A stretch of 64,000 nt of DNA from Acidobacteriota bacterium (GTDB lineage: Bacteria; Acidobacteriota; UBA890; WLXD01), in NCBI GenBank assembly GCA_963666215.2, contig CAXWPL010000002.1:320001-384000 (forward strand), written 5' to 3'. Within the stretch, counting starts at the first letter, position 1. Each line of letters begins with the position of its first letter. The position numbers were made by a program, and so were the translations under genes. Shown in pieces: positions 52,994-62,088 of the stretch. Under the pieces are notes generated by a model. It saw nothing but the letters and a program-made list of their open reading frames with translations, was not told the origin of the DNA and ran no database searches.

Positions 52994-53838
52994 TGTGAGT
53001 TCTAGGTAGGTTGTTCACGAACTCACCCCTGAGAGCCGAGCGATCGGCGGTGTCATGCCGATGCCGGCGTGGGGACGGTGACGATTGTAGTGGTTGAGCC
53101 AGGGCCGTAGAGCTCGAGTACGTCGAGCTGAGGTCTGGTAGCAGGTGCCGTAGGCCCACTGCTCCTTGAGTGTGCGGATGAAGCGTTCGGCTTTGCCGTT
53201 GGTTCTGGGGGTGTAGGGCCGGGTGTAAATGTGCCGGATCTCGAGTTGATGGCATAGGCGATTGAAGCGCTTCGAGACGTAGCCAGGCCCGTTGTCTGTC
53301 ATCACTCGGCGCACCGCTACTCCCATCGAAGCGAAGTGCTCGACGGCTCGCTGCAGGAACGCTGTGCAGGTGTGTTGGTCTTCGGCGGGCAGCACTTCGA
53401 CGTACGCCACCCGAGAGTGATCGTCGATAGCGACGTGGGCGTTCTCCCAGCCGACGCCGTAGGCCCGCTTGGAGCGGTCGCCGTGGATGCGGTGTCCAGG
53501 TCGCCGGATACGGGCCAGTTTCTTCGTATCCAGGTGCAGTAGGTCACCGGGGTGCTCGTACTCGTAGCGAACGATCTCGGGCTTGGGCTCGAGCGCATCA
53601 AGCTTGGCGAGTCCGAGCCGCTTCAGCCACGCCGAGACGGTCGAGCGCGGCACAGCCAACCTTCGGCTGATCTGCCAGGCCGTCAGTCGCCGCCGACGTA
53701 GCTTGTCGATCTGCCTCACAACTCCAGCGCTTGTTGCGTGCGGACAGCACGTCGGCCGGCTTGATCGATCGAGCAGCCCGGCCTCACCTTCTCGCTCGTA
53801 TCTATCCAGCCACTTGTAAACCGTTCGAGCCGACACGC
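52994..53838 (-). mobile_element. IS481-family element, 5'-truncated
   Basis: KW..RY, HLDTKKL, DDHSR, TDNG, TNGKAERF; terminal TGT preceded by TCTAGG (NCTAGN target). Confidence 0.88.
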
Positions 53839-54012
53839 GGGAAGGTGGGCTCGGAGAGGCCGCCGGTGGCGTAGAGAACGCGGCCCGTATCGGAGAAGGT
53901 GTACTGGGCGCCGCCGCTGGTGGAGGATCCGGCGACATCCTGGATGACCGGTACGGGCGAGCCCGAAGTCTGCAGGCGCGAGAGGTCGAAATCGACCGCG
54001 AATAAGCGATTG
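53839..54012 (-). pseudogene. Fragment resembling the beta-propeller region of kinase/TolB-like proteins
   Basis: Translates NRLFAVDFDLSRLQTSGSPVPVIQDVAGSSTSGGAQYTFSDTGRVLYATGG. Confidence 0.55.
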
Positions 54013-54241
54013 AGGGAACGGGATGCTGTCGCGAACGGGCGAGCGAGACACTATACGAAATCGGCGCGGGGAATCGGTAACGAGGAGCGACCCGTGAGGG
54101 CCATGAGAACGGCGTCGATCTTGAGACGCCGCCTGGCCGGCGTCTCAGCGGCACCGTTCCGGCCGCTGGCCGTGGCGACGCGCAAGACAGCGCGTACCCA
54201 CCAGCGCTGCACCAGGGCTCGATCGTCGAGCCGTCGGGTCG

Positions 54242-55204
54242 TTAGCGGCGCCAGCTGGACAGGTCGCGGCCGATTTGGCTCTCGAGCCTGAGGTTTTGGT
54301 CGCGGTAGTGGTCGAGCAGGCGGGCGCGGCTGGTGGGTGGAATTGGCGGGCGGCGCCCACGGGCCGAAAGGGCAGCCTTGGCGCGATCACGCAGATTGCG
54401 GGGGACGAGAGACGCGAGCCGGGCGATCGTCGGGGAACGCATGGCGCGCCGGGCACGGCCGAGGTAGGTGGTTGAGGCCTGTTGGAAGGAACCGAGGCGC
54501 GGAGGTTGCTCGGGTGGTTCGAGGCCGAGGAAGTCATGCAGCTTCACGAGCACTCCGGCCGGGTTGTCGACGATGTCGTCGAAGAACACGACCTCCACAC
54601 CGTCGCCACCGAACGTAGCCCTGTAGCGTGAGACGTGATCGGCGTAGTAGCCGATCTCGAGGTACTGGCGCGACCTGATGCTGCCTGAGCCGACCGAGTC
54701 GAGGTGGTCGCGCCAGCACTCCTCGGGGTCCTCGGAAGGGCGGTCGGAGCCGACCTCGCAGATACGCATCGCCTCGTCGAACGTGGCGTGATCGTCGCCG
54801 CGCGCGTGGTGCATCCACCAGTCGGAGTAAGCACGCTCGACCGGGTGGCGCAGCGTCATGACGATCTTGGCTAGCGGCGCACTCTCTCGAATCCGTTCAG
54901 GCACATAGGGAAGGTGCAGGTAGCCCGGCGTGGCCTCGCCGGTCACGCGCTCGCCGTCGTAGTGGCGAAAGTGACGCTCCCAGAAAGGTCCAGCCGGCTC
55001 ATGGTAGTGAATCGAGAAATAGTTGGGTTCCTTGGGCACCGACATGCAAACGTCGCGATGTTCGGCGAGCCAGTGCCACAAGGACGTGGTGCCGGCCTTG
55101 CCGGCGCCCACGACGACGAGCGAGAGATCCCGAGGGGAGATCAGAGGCCGAATTGATGGGTCCACAATTGGACGCGAATCTCGCTGTAGAGGCCACTTCC
55201 GCAA
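54242..55204 (-). CDS. PAPS-dependent sulfotransferase; start uncertain
   Basis: GAGKAGTTSL, KEPNYF, GEATPGY, LRHPVERAYS. Confidence 0.9.
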   Translation of the reverse strand: MRKWPLQRDSRPIVDPSIRPLISPRDLSLVVVGAGKAGTTSLWHWLAEHRDVCMSVPKEPNYFSIHYHEPAGPFWERHFRHYDGERVTGEATPGYLHLPYVPERIRESAPLAKIVMTLRHPVERAYSDWWMHHARGDDHATFDEAMRICEVGSDRPSEDPEECWRDHLDSVGSGSIRSRQYLEIGYYADHVSRYRATFGGDGVEVVFFDDIVDNPAGVLVKLHDFLGLEPPEQPPRLGSFQQASTTYLGRARRAMRSPTIARLASLVPRNLRDRAKAALSARGRRPPIPPTSRARLLDHYRDQNLRLESQIGRDLSSWRR

Positions 55205-55497
55205 CCCGGTACGTAAACCATCTTGCCGGCGCGCGCATGGAAATAGAAGGCGGAGCTATCCATCTGCATGATGATGCCGGTGGGTTCGCGCGAGAGTATT
55301 TTCCAGGTCATGCGTTCGGGCTGGCGGGCGAAACCATGGTTGATCTTGCCGTTGGATTTCTTGCGGTCGATCCAGTCGCTGTCGAAGGCAGGGCGCAGCA
55401 GGCTTTCCTGTTGCGACTGCGCGGGAACCGTATTGGTGAGGACGGTCATCCCGAGGGCGACAAGCAGCACGATCAACACTAGGTTATGTGACTTCAT
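55141..55497 (-). CDS. Hypothetical secreted protein
   Basis: Signal peptide; GGGAG upstream; extended -10 TGCTATAAT near 55562-55570. Confidence 0.6.
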   Translation of the reverse strand: MKSHNLVLIVLLVALGMTVLTNTVPAQSQQESLLRPAFDSDWIDRKKSNGKINHGFARQPERMTWKILSREPTGIIMQMDSSAFYFHARAGKMVYVPGCGSGLYSEIRVQLWTHQFGL

Positions 55498-55704
55498 GGG
55501 GTTCTCCCGGCTCCCTGATTGATCATCGACCAGCTGCCCTTGCGGTCAGCATCGTATACGAATTATAGCAGCGGATTGTCTGCTGTCTAGTTAGCAGGAG
55601 TGATCTTTTCTATCGTTTGGCTAGTAATAGGACGCCCCCGGACAGTGAAGTGAACTGAGCTGGTGCCGCCAGGGCTCAGCGAAGCTGAGAAGGGCCGGGG
55701 TTGG

Positions 55705-57573
55705 CTAGACAGAGCGCCCGGAAAGCAGCTCTTCGGAGGGGTCGAGCCGGTTCCACAACCTCCCGCCGGCGCGGATGAGCGCCGCACAGACCGCCAGGAT
55801 GGAAGCAGCGCCAAGGAATCCGAGCACGGGCAGCTCCCAGGCGATCAGCGGCAGCTGCCAGAACAGCACCTGAACCGCGAGAATCGAGCCCACCAGCAGC
55901 ACCGCCGGCGCGAGTCCAGCGAGCATCGCCAGCGAGTGCATGAAGAAGGTCAGGATGTGCTGACCGAAGTTCGCCGCGGCGCTCTTCTTGGCGAGACCGA
56001 GCGCAGTCCAGCTCGGGAGAACCAGGGCTTGGAGGTTCTCCAGGCAGCTCGACAGCAGAGCCACGGCGGCCAATGGTGGCAGGAGAGCGATGATCCCCAC
56101 CGGGACAAGCAGAGCGGGCGCGATCGCCAGCACCTCGGCGGCCGCTTGCCGCGGGCCAGCCGCGCCGGCGAAGCCCAGGTCTGTCGCCAGGCTCCAGGCA
56201 AGAAGGATCGCCACACCGAGGGAGCTATTCAGCATCGCGCTCGCCACGGGCGCACCAACCTCGGCGGCAAACAGACGCCAGCCCACAACTGGCCAGGGCC
56301 GCAGCAGCTCGACTTTCAGCAGGTCACAACGCAGGTCGTTGCGCTGTGCGCGTCCAGCGGTGAGAGTCGGAAAGACCAGGGTCGCGAGCCCGGCCCCTCC
56401 CATGAGCCCGCCAATCCACTCGGGCATGCCCGGTGCGTTGGAGACAGCCACGAGCGTGATCCCGGCGAGCGCTGCGAAGGCAAGTTGCAGGCGCCAATCA
56501 AAACGTCGAGTCAACGCCAGGTTCTTCCACAGGATCGCGATCTCGGGGGCGCCCGTGGCCGCCAACGGGAATGGCACGCGCTCGCGACCGCGACGCGACC
56601 TGCGCCAGAACCGGGCCGCCAGCTGGGCGCTGCGGTTTTCTCGCTTGGCGCGATCGAGCGCGGCCTCCTCGAAACGGGCACGCGAGCGCACGACCCACTC
56701 GTTGTGCGCCGCGAGCAGCAGAAAGGCCGCAAACATCGCCACGGCCGCCGCCATTGGGCCGGCTTCGGGCGCGACGAACAGAGGACCCGTGAGGATGAGC
56801 AACGGGGTCAGGGCCCAACCGAGTACTCCTGAGCGCGCGTCGGCGGCCAGCCCAGCCACGCGCTCGGCCACATTACCTGCCCGCAGCGCCGCTGTGGTCG
56901 TGTCGAACGACGTCATGCCGTCGGGGAGGGCGGCAAGCAGGCCTGATGCGAGGGTTGCCAAGACGACGCCGGCGAGCAACCAGAACAGTGTCAGCAATCC
57001 GGCGAGCACTAGGCGCCGCCGCCACGCGTCGGCGCGTGGCAGCTCCCGTTGACGCGCTAACCACAAGCTCCGCGCGGTGCTGTGGAGCTCCCAGGTGCTG
57101 AACGCCATCCACAGCGACACTGCGGTGGCAACGACTTGCAGCGGGCCACCACGAGCCCAGAAGAAGGTCATGATCGAGGTTCCGATCAGAACGCCCGGCT
57201 GCGAACGCAATACGCCGTACTGCACAATGCTGCGCCGGCTGACCGGCGCTGGCAGAAGCATGTGCAGCTCGGTCTCGCTGAACTGCAACGCCGGGCGGCC
57301 GAAGGGCACCAGCCACCAAATCGTCAGGACCGCGGCGATCGCCACGCTCATGCCGAGCTGAGCAGCCGCGAGCATCGGCGCATCAACTTGGAAGAAATCG
57401 GCGCCGCCGAAGTGCACGTTTCCACGCATCAGTGGACGGGCCACCCAGAAAAGGATCCAGAAGCTTCCCACCGCCGCGCCCAGCAGGTACTTGGGTTGGC
57501 GCAGCCGGCGAAGCCGCTGCACCAGGCGACCACGCAGCGAGCGTGTGAGCAGAAACCACAGGGCGGTATTCAC
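55705..57573 (-). CDS. Putative ABC exporter permease
   Basis: Many TM helices; FSETE..LL.APVSR, ILWKNL, DLRCDL...ELLR.WP; follows the ATPase. Confidence 0.85.
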   Translation of the reverse strand: MNTALWFLLTRSLRGRLVQRLRRLRQPKYLLGAAVGSFWILFWVARPLMRGNVHFGGADFFQVDAPMLAAAQLGMSVAIAAVLTIWWLVPFGRPALQFSETELHMLLPAPVSRRSIVQYGVLRSQPGVLIGTSIMTFFWARGGPLQVVATAVSLWMAFSTWELHSTARSLWLARQRELPRADAWRRRLVLAGLLTLFWLLAGVVLATLASGLLAALPDGMTSFDTTTAALRAGNVAERVAGLAADARSGVLGWALTPLLILTGPLFVAPEAGPMAAAVAMFAAFLLLAAHNEWVVRSRARFEEAALDRAKRENRSAQLAARFWRRSRRGRERVPFPLAATGAPEIAILWKNLALTRRFDWRLQLAFAALAGITLVAVSNAPGMPEWIGGLMGGAGLATLVFPTLTAGRAQRNDLRCDLLKVELLRPWPVVGWRLFAAEVGAPVASAMLNSSLGVAILLAWSLATDLGFAGAAGPRQAAAEVLAIAPALLVPVGIIALLPPLAAVALLSSCLENLQALVLPSWTALGLAKKSAAANFGQHILTFFMHSLAMLAGLAPAVLLVGSILAVQVLFWQLPLIAWELPVLGFLGAASILAVCAALIRAGGRLWNRLDPSEELLSGRSV

Positions 57574-57591
57574 CGCGCGCGTACTCGGCGC

Positions 57592-58332
57592 TTATGCGTC
57601 GCCGTCATCATCTTGGCCAGTGGCGCGCAGGAAGATCTCCTCGAGCCCGGCGTCGCCGCCCAGTTCGGGAACTGCGGCGCGAATCTCGTCGAGCGTGCCT
57701 TCGAGGGCCAGTCTGCCGTTCTGGATGATGAATATGCGACCGCAGATCTCCTCGACCAGATGCAGCATGTGCGACGACACGATGATAGCCGCGCCGGCCG
57801 CGGCGGTTCGCACGACAGTTCGTTTCATGCGGCGCATCGCGCCCGGATCGAGGCCCGTGAGAGGCTCATCGAGAATCAGCACCTTCGGGGAGTGCAGCAG
57901 CGCGCAGGCGATAACGAGCTTCTGTTTCATGCCGCGCGACAGCTCGCCCGGGAAGGCGGTGCGGCGTTCTTGCAGATCGTTGATCAACAACAGCTCCTCG
58001 GCCCGTTCGCGCACGTCGGAAACGCCGTAGATCCGACCGAAGAGCATCAGGTGGTCCCACACCGTGAGGTACTCGAACAGGTGCGGCTCGTCGGCCACGA
58101 AGGCGAGATGACGACGTGCCTCGACGGGCGCTTCGTTGATGTCGTGCCCGCAAATACGAACGCTTCCGGAGGTCGGCGGAATGATCCCGGCGATGCAGCG
58201 CAGCGTTGTCGTCTTGCCGGCGCCGTTGGGGCCCACGAGGCCGAGAATGTCGCCGCTCGCGAGGTCGAGACTGAGCTGGTTGACCGCCAGCTTGCCGTCG
58301 TAACTCTTCGTCAGGCCTTCGATGTGGATCAC
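57592..58332 (-). CDS. ABC transporter ATP-binding protein
   Basis: GPNGAGKT, LSRGM, LILDEP. Confidence 0.95.
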   Translation of the reverse strand: MIHIEGLTKSYDGKLAVNQLSLDLASGDILGLVGPNGAGKTTTLRCIAGIIPPTSGSVRICGHDINEAPVEARRHLAFVADEPHLFEYLTVWDHLMLFGRIYGVSDVRERAEELLLINDLQERRTAFPGELSRGMKQKLVIACALLHSPKVLILDEPLTGLDPGAMRRMKRTVVRTAAAGAAIIVSSHMLHLVEEICGRIFIIQNGRLALEGTLDEIRAAVPELGGDAGLEEIFLRATGQDDDGDA

Positions 58333-58439
58333 GGCTTCTCGGGGGTATTCGATCGTGGCAGATGGACGCTGCGTCTCGCCGGATTGAAGGCTCATCGGCC
58401 GTCCAGGCGCAGCGTCCGAGGCTGGCATATCATGCCCCG

Positions 58440-59456
58440 ATGAGCGGGAGCGTGCCGCGCCCGGTCGGCCTTGGCGCTGTGACACTCGCCGGAGTCGGTC
58501 GGCTGCGCGAAAAAAACGGACTTCGACTCCGTGGGGTGTGGGCGACTGGGGTGTGCATTGTCGCGTGCCTGCTACCCGCCGCTGCTGCTCCCGTGGCACT
58601 GGCTACCGAGCCGGCGCCGACGCTCGCGGGGCTGTCGCCATCGCGCCGAGTTGCGCAGGGGCCGGTGAGCCGATTCATGCTGCCCGACGGGCGGCCGTTG
58701 CCGTTCGCCAACGTCGAAGAGCTCCGTGAGTTCCTGCGCACGGCTCCCATCATTGAGCGTGAGGACATCCCCACCGGTTCCACCAACCCAGAACGTTTGA
58801 CGCTGGAGCGCGACGGCGTGCGGTTGCGGGCAATCTTCCGCGACGTCGATGTGGAGCGCGAGCGGTACCGACTACGCGACGGCACGTTCTACATGAATTT
58901 CCGCGACAACGCGCTCTTCGAGGTCGCGGCCTACGAGCTCGCGCGTTTGCTTGGCATCGACAATCTCCCGCCGGCCGGTGGGCGGGTTATTGACAGCCAG
59001 CGCGGCTCGGTGCAGCTGTGGATCGAGGGCGAGGTGATGACCGAGACCGACCGCATCGAGCGTCGACTGGTCTCGCCCAGTGCCTTGCGTTGGCGTAACC
59101 AGATGCAGGTGCTGCGAAACTTCGACTACCTGATTGGCAATCACGACCGCAACACCGGCAATCTTTTGATCGACGGAAGCTGGAATATCTGGCTCGTCGA
59201 TCACACCCGCACGTTCCAGCTCGCCCGCGAGGATGTCGAGCCCGATCGTGTGCAGGTGTGCCCGATCGGACTTTTTGACCGGATGCGCGCGCTCACCGAC
59301 GAGGAGGTGCGGCCGTTGCTCGACGATTACCTACGCCCCGCAGAGATCGACGGTATCTTCCGCCGGCGCGACAATCTCGTTGCACATATCGAGAGGCTGA
59401 TCCAAGAGCGTGGTCGCGGGGCAGTGCTGATTGAGTCCGGCGACCGCGACCTTTGA
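58440..59456 (+). CDS. Putative exported atypical kinase-fold protein
   Basis: EVAAYEL, GSVQLW, FDYLIGNHDRNTGNLL, VDH; hydrophobic N-terminal segment. Confidence 0.65.
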   Translation: MSGSVPRPVGLGAVTLAGVGRLREKNGLRLRGVWATGVCIVACLLPAAAAPVALATEPAPTLAGLSPSRRVAQGPVSRFMLPDGRPLPFANVEELREFLRTAPIIEREDIPTGSTNPERLTLERDGVRLRAIFRDVDVERERYRLRDGTFYMNFRDNALFEVAAYELARLLGIDNLPPAGGRVIDSQRGSVQLWIEGEVMTETDRIERRLVSPSALRWRNQMQVLRNFDYLIGNHDRNTGNLLIDGSWNIWLVDHTRTFQLAREDVEPDRVQVCPIGLFDRMRALTDEEVRPLLDDYLRPAEIDGIFRRRDNLVAHIERLIQERGRGAVLIESGDRDL

Positions 59457-59483
59457 TCGAGCTTCACGAGGCGGACACGAGCG

Positions 59484-60224
59484 ATGACCGGTGATCTGAG
59501 CAAACGGCTGCTGGCCGAGGCCGTGGGAACCTTCGCGTTGACCTTCGTGGGTGCTGCGGCAATCTGCACCGACGCCTACAGCGGCGGACAGGTGGGGCTG
59601 CTCGGTATCGCGGTCGCCCACGGACTGATTCTTTCGATCATGGTCACCGCGACAGCACATATCTCGGGCGCCCACGTCAATCCTGCCGTGACCCTCGCTG
59701 CGTTCCTCAGTCGAGCGATTGGCCTGCGTCACGCCATGTGCTACGTCGTCGTACAGCTGATCGGCGCTGTGCTCGCTGGTTTGATGCTCACGGCGACGTT
59801 CGCGGCTGATGTCTGGCAACCCGTCGTCCTCGGCACGCCGGTCCTCGGGCCGGGGGTCGCGCCCGGTACCGGGATCTTCATCGAGGCCATTCTAACGTTC
59901 TTTCTCGTGTTCACCGTGCTGCAGGTTGCGATGGATCCTCGCGCACCGCGGCACGTTTACGGCTTCGCGATTGGCCTGGTACTCACCGCAAACATCCTTG
60001 TGGGTGGCCCCCTGACCGGCGCCGCCGTCAACCCGGCGCGTGCCTTCGGTCCCGCACTGGCGTCGTGGACCTGGAACGCGCACCATGTCTACTGGATCGG
60101 GCCGTTCCTCGGCGCGCTGATCGCGTCGGTGGTTTATGGGGCCCTGCAGCCGGCCGTCGGCAACGGGCCTGACTCTCCGGACGGGCCGGACGGTCCGGAG
60201 GCTTCGGGCGGGATGGCCGCATAG
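59484..60224 (+). CDS. MIP family aquaporin
   Basis: SGAHVNPAVT and NPAR motifs. Confidence 0.95.
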   Translation: MTGDLSKRLLAEAVGTFALTFVGAAAICTDAYSGGQVGLLGIAVAHGLILSIMVTATAHISGAHVNPAVTLAAFLSRAIGLRHAMCYVVVQLIGAVLAGLMLTATFAADVWQPVVLGTPVLGPGVAPGTGIFIEAILTFFLVFTVLQVAMDPRAPRHVYGFAIGLVLTANILVGGPLTGAAVNPARAFGPALASWTWNAHHVYWIGPFLGALIASVVYGALQPAVGNGPDSPDGPDGPEASGGMAA

Positions 60225-60277
60225 GCCGCGAAGCCGCACCTCACACCGCGAACTACAAACCGGAACGGAATCGACGA

Positions 60278-61948
60278 ATGAAGCGAACCCTGTGGTTCTC
60301 AGTGATCCTGGCCGGTGTTGTTGTGCTCGCCGGCGTGTGGAGAGGCGCAGAGTCCGTGGACGCCGCAGGATCCCTGAGCGCGCAGGAGGCCTGGCAGGAA
60401 CCCCTCGAGGAGACGCAGGTGGAGCTGTGCTGCGACAGCGATCCGACCGTGCATGTGTCTCCCGGCCGCGGGCGGAGCCCGGAGGAGTTCCGCAAGCGCA
60501 CGCCGTTCAGCAGCGACGAGCTGGCGCGACTTAAGGCTGCTGCGCTTTCCTCCGACGCTGTGCCTCGAGCCGAAGACCTGCTCGACATGGCGAGCGCGCC
60601 CGCGTCGATGGCGGCGTTGTCGCCACGACTTCTGCGTAATTTCGACGGCCTCAATCAGCAGAGCGGTGGCGGTTTCTTCCCGCCCGACACGGTCGTCTCG
60701 GTGGGCCCCCAGCACGTGCTCGAAGCCACGAATGTGGCGCTGCGGCTGTCGACTCGGTCGAACCTGAATCCGATCGTCCAGACGATCCAGGCCCACTTCG
60801 CGATCAGCGGCGCCAACAAGGTCGTCACCGACCCCAAGGTCTTCTACGACGCCCGCTCCGAGCGCTTCTTCATGATGGTGCTGGTGATCGACCACACCAC
60901 GAACCAGTCGTTCGCTTACTTCGCGATCTCACGCAGTCCGACTCCGGACACGCTCGATGCGCCGACCGACTGGTGCAACTACCGAGTCACGACACACCGC
61001 AACCAGTCGTGGGGCGACTTCCCGGGCTTCGGAATGAACGACTCGTGGATTGCCATCACCACCAACAACTTCACCTTCGAGGACAGTGACTTCGTTCGCG
61101 CATTCCTGGTGGCTATCGAGAAGCCGCGACTGGTCGACAACGCGGCGCGTTGCCCACAAGCGGTCAAGGCGTTCCGCTATGCGTTCGCCGACGATGAGGA
61201 CGGTCTCACGCCGTTCACCGTGCAACCAGCGCGCCACTACGACTCGACGGGATTCGACGGCGATCCGCTATACCTGGTGAGCTCGCAGCTTTTTTTCAGC
61301 TCCGACCGCTACGCGTTCTGGCAGCTTCGGAGTGGCAAATCTCGCAAGCCGCAGCTGCGACGCACGACCGTTACGGGGGAGCTGTATTCGGTGCCACCCG
61401 ACGCGGCCCAAGCCGAGGGGGGACTGTTGTCGACCAGCGTTCAAGATGTGCTGTCCGTGGCATCCCGCAACGGCCAGCTTTGGGCCACCCACACGACGGG
61501 GTGCGAGATCGGTGGCGGCAGCAACGAAGCCTGCGTGCGGGTGGTGCAGTTCACCCCGGTGGCCGGCATCACGCCGGCGGCTTCGATCGACTACACCGCG
61601 ACGTTGCGCAATGGGCCCGACAGTTTCCTGTTTCACCCCTCTGTGGCCATCAGCAAGCGCGGCGACGTGGTTGTGGTGTTCCAGCGCAGCAAAGCGAGCA
61701 CCTTCCTTGGTAGCGCGTTCACTGGCAGACGTTTCGATCTCCGGCAGTTCGGCCCGGTGCGCTCGCTTCGCGAGGGCACCTGCCGTCTGGTGAACAACGC
61801 TGGGGGTGGCGTGGGCTCGTCGCAGCGGACCGGTGATTACACCGGCGCCCAGGCCGATCCGAACGACTCGCGCGGATTCTGGCTGGCCGGAGAGCACAGC
61901 GTTGCGTCCTGTGCGTGGGGGACGCGTGTTGCCCGAGTGCGGTACTGA
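60278..61948 (+). CDS. Hypothetical secreted beta-rich protein
   Basis: Signal peptide; PPDT..SVGP, DPKVFYD, RTGDY. Confidence 0.75.
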   Translation: MKRTLWFSVILAGVVVLAGVWRGAESVDAAGSLSAQEAWQEPLEETQVELCCDSDPTVHVSPGRGRSPEEFRKRTPFSSDELARLKAAALSSDAVPRAEDLLDMASAPASMAALSPRLLRNFDGLNQQSGGGFFPPDTVVSVGPQHVLEATNVALRLSTRSNLNPIVQTIQAHFAISGANKVVTDPKVFYDARSERFFMMVLVIDHTTNQSFAYFAISRSPTPDTLDAPTDWCNYRVTTHRNQSWGDFPGFGMNDSWIAITTNNFTFEDSDFVRAFLVAIEKPRLVDNAARCPQAVKAFRYAFADDEDGLTPFTVQPARHYDSTGFDGDPLYLVSSQLFFSSDRYAFWQLRSGKSRKPQLRRTTVTGELYSVPPDAAQAEGGLLSTSVQDVLSVASRNGQLWATHTTGCEIGGGSNEACVRVVQFTPVAGITPAASIDYTATLRNGPDSFLFHPSVAISKRGDVVVVFQRSKASTFLGSAFTGRRFDLRQFGPVRSLREGTCRLVNNAGGGVGSSQRTGDYTGAQADPNDSRGFWLAGEHSVASCAWGTRVARVRY

Positions 61949-62088
61949 TAAGGGCGATCGTAGGACCCGGATCGCCCAGCCGCGAGTGCCAACACGGATT
62001 GTCAGGCATCCTGCCGGATCCCGCCATTCCACAACCTCAGGCAAGTCTGAACACACGGAATGATCTTCCCCGCTTCGTCAAGACTCCC

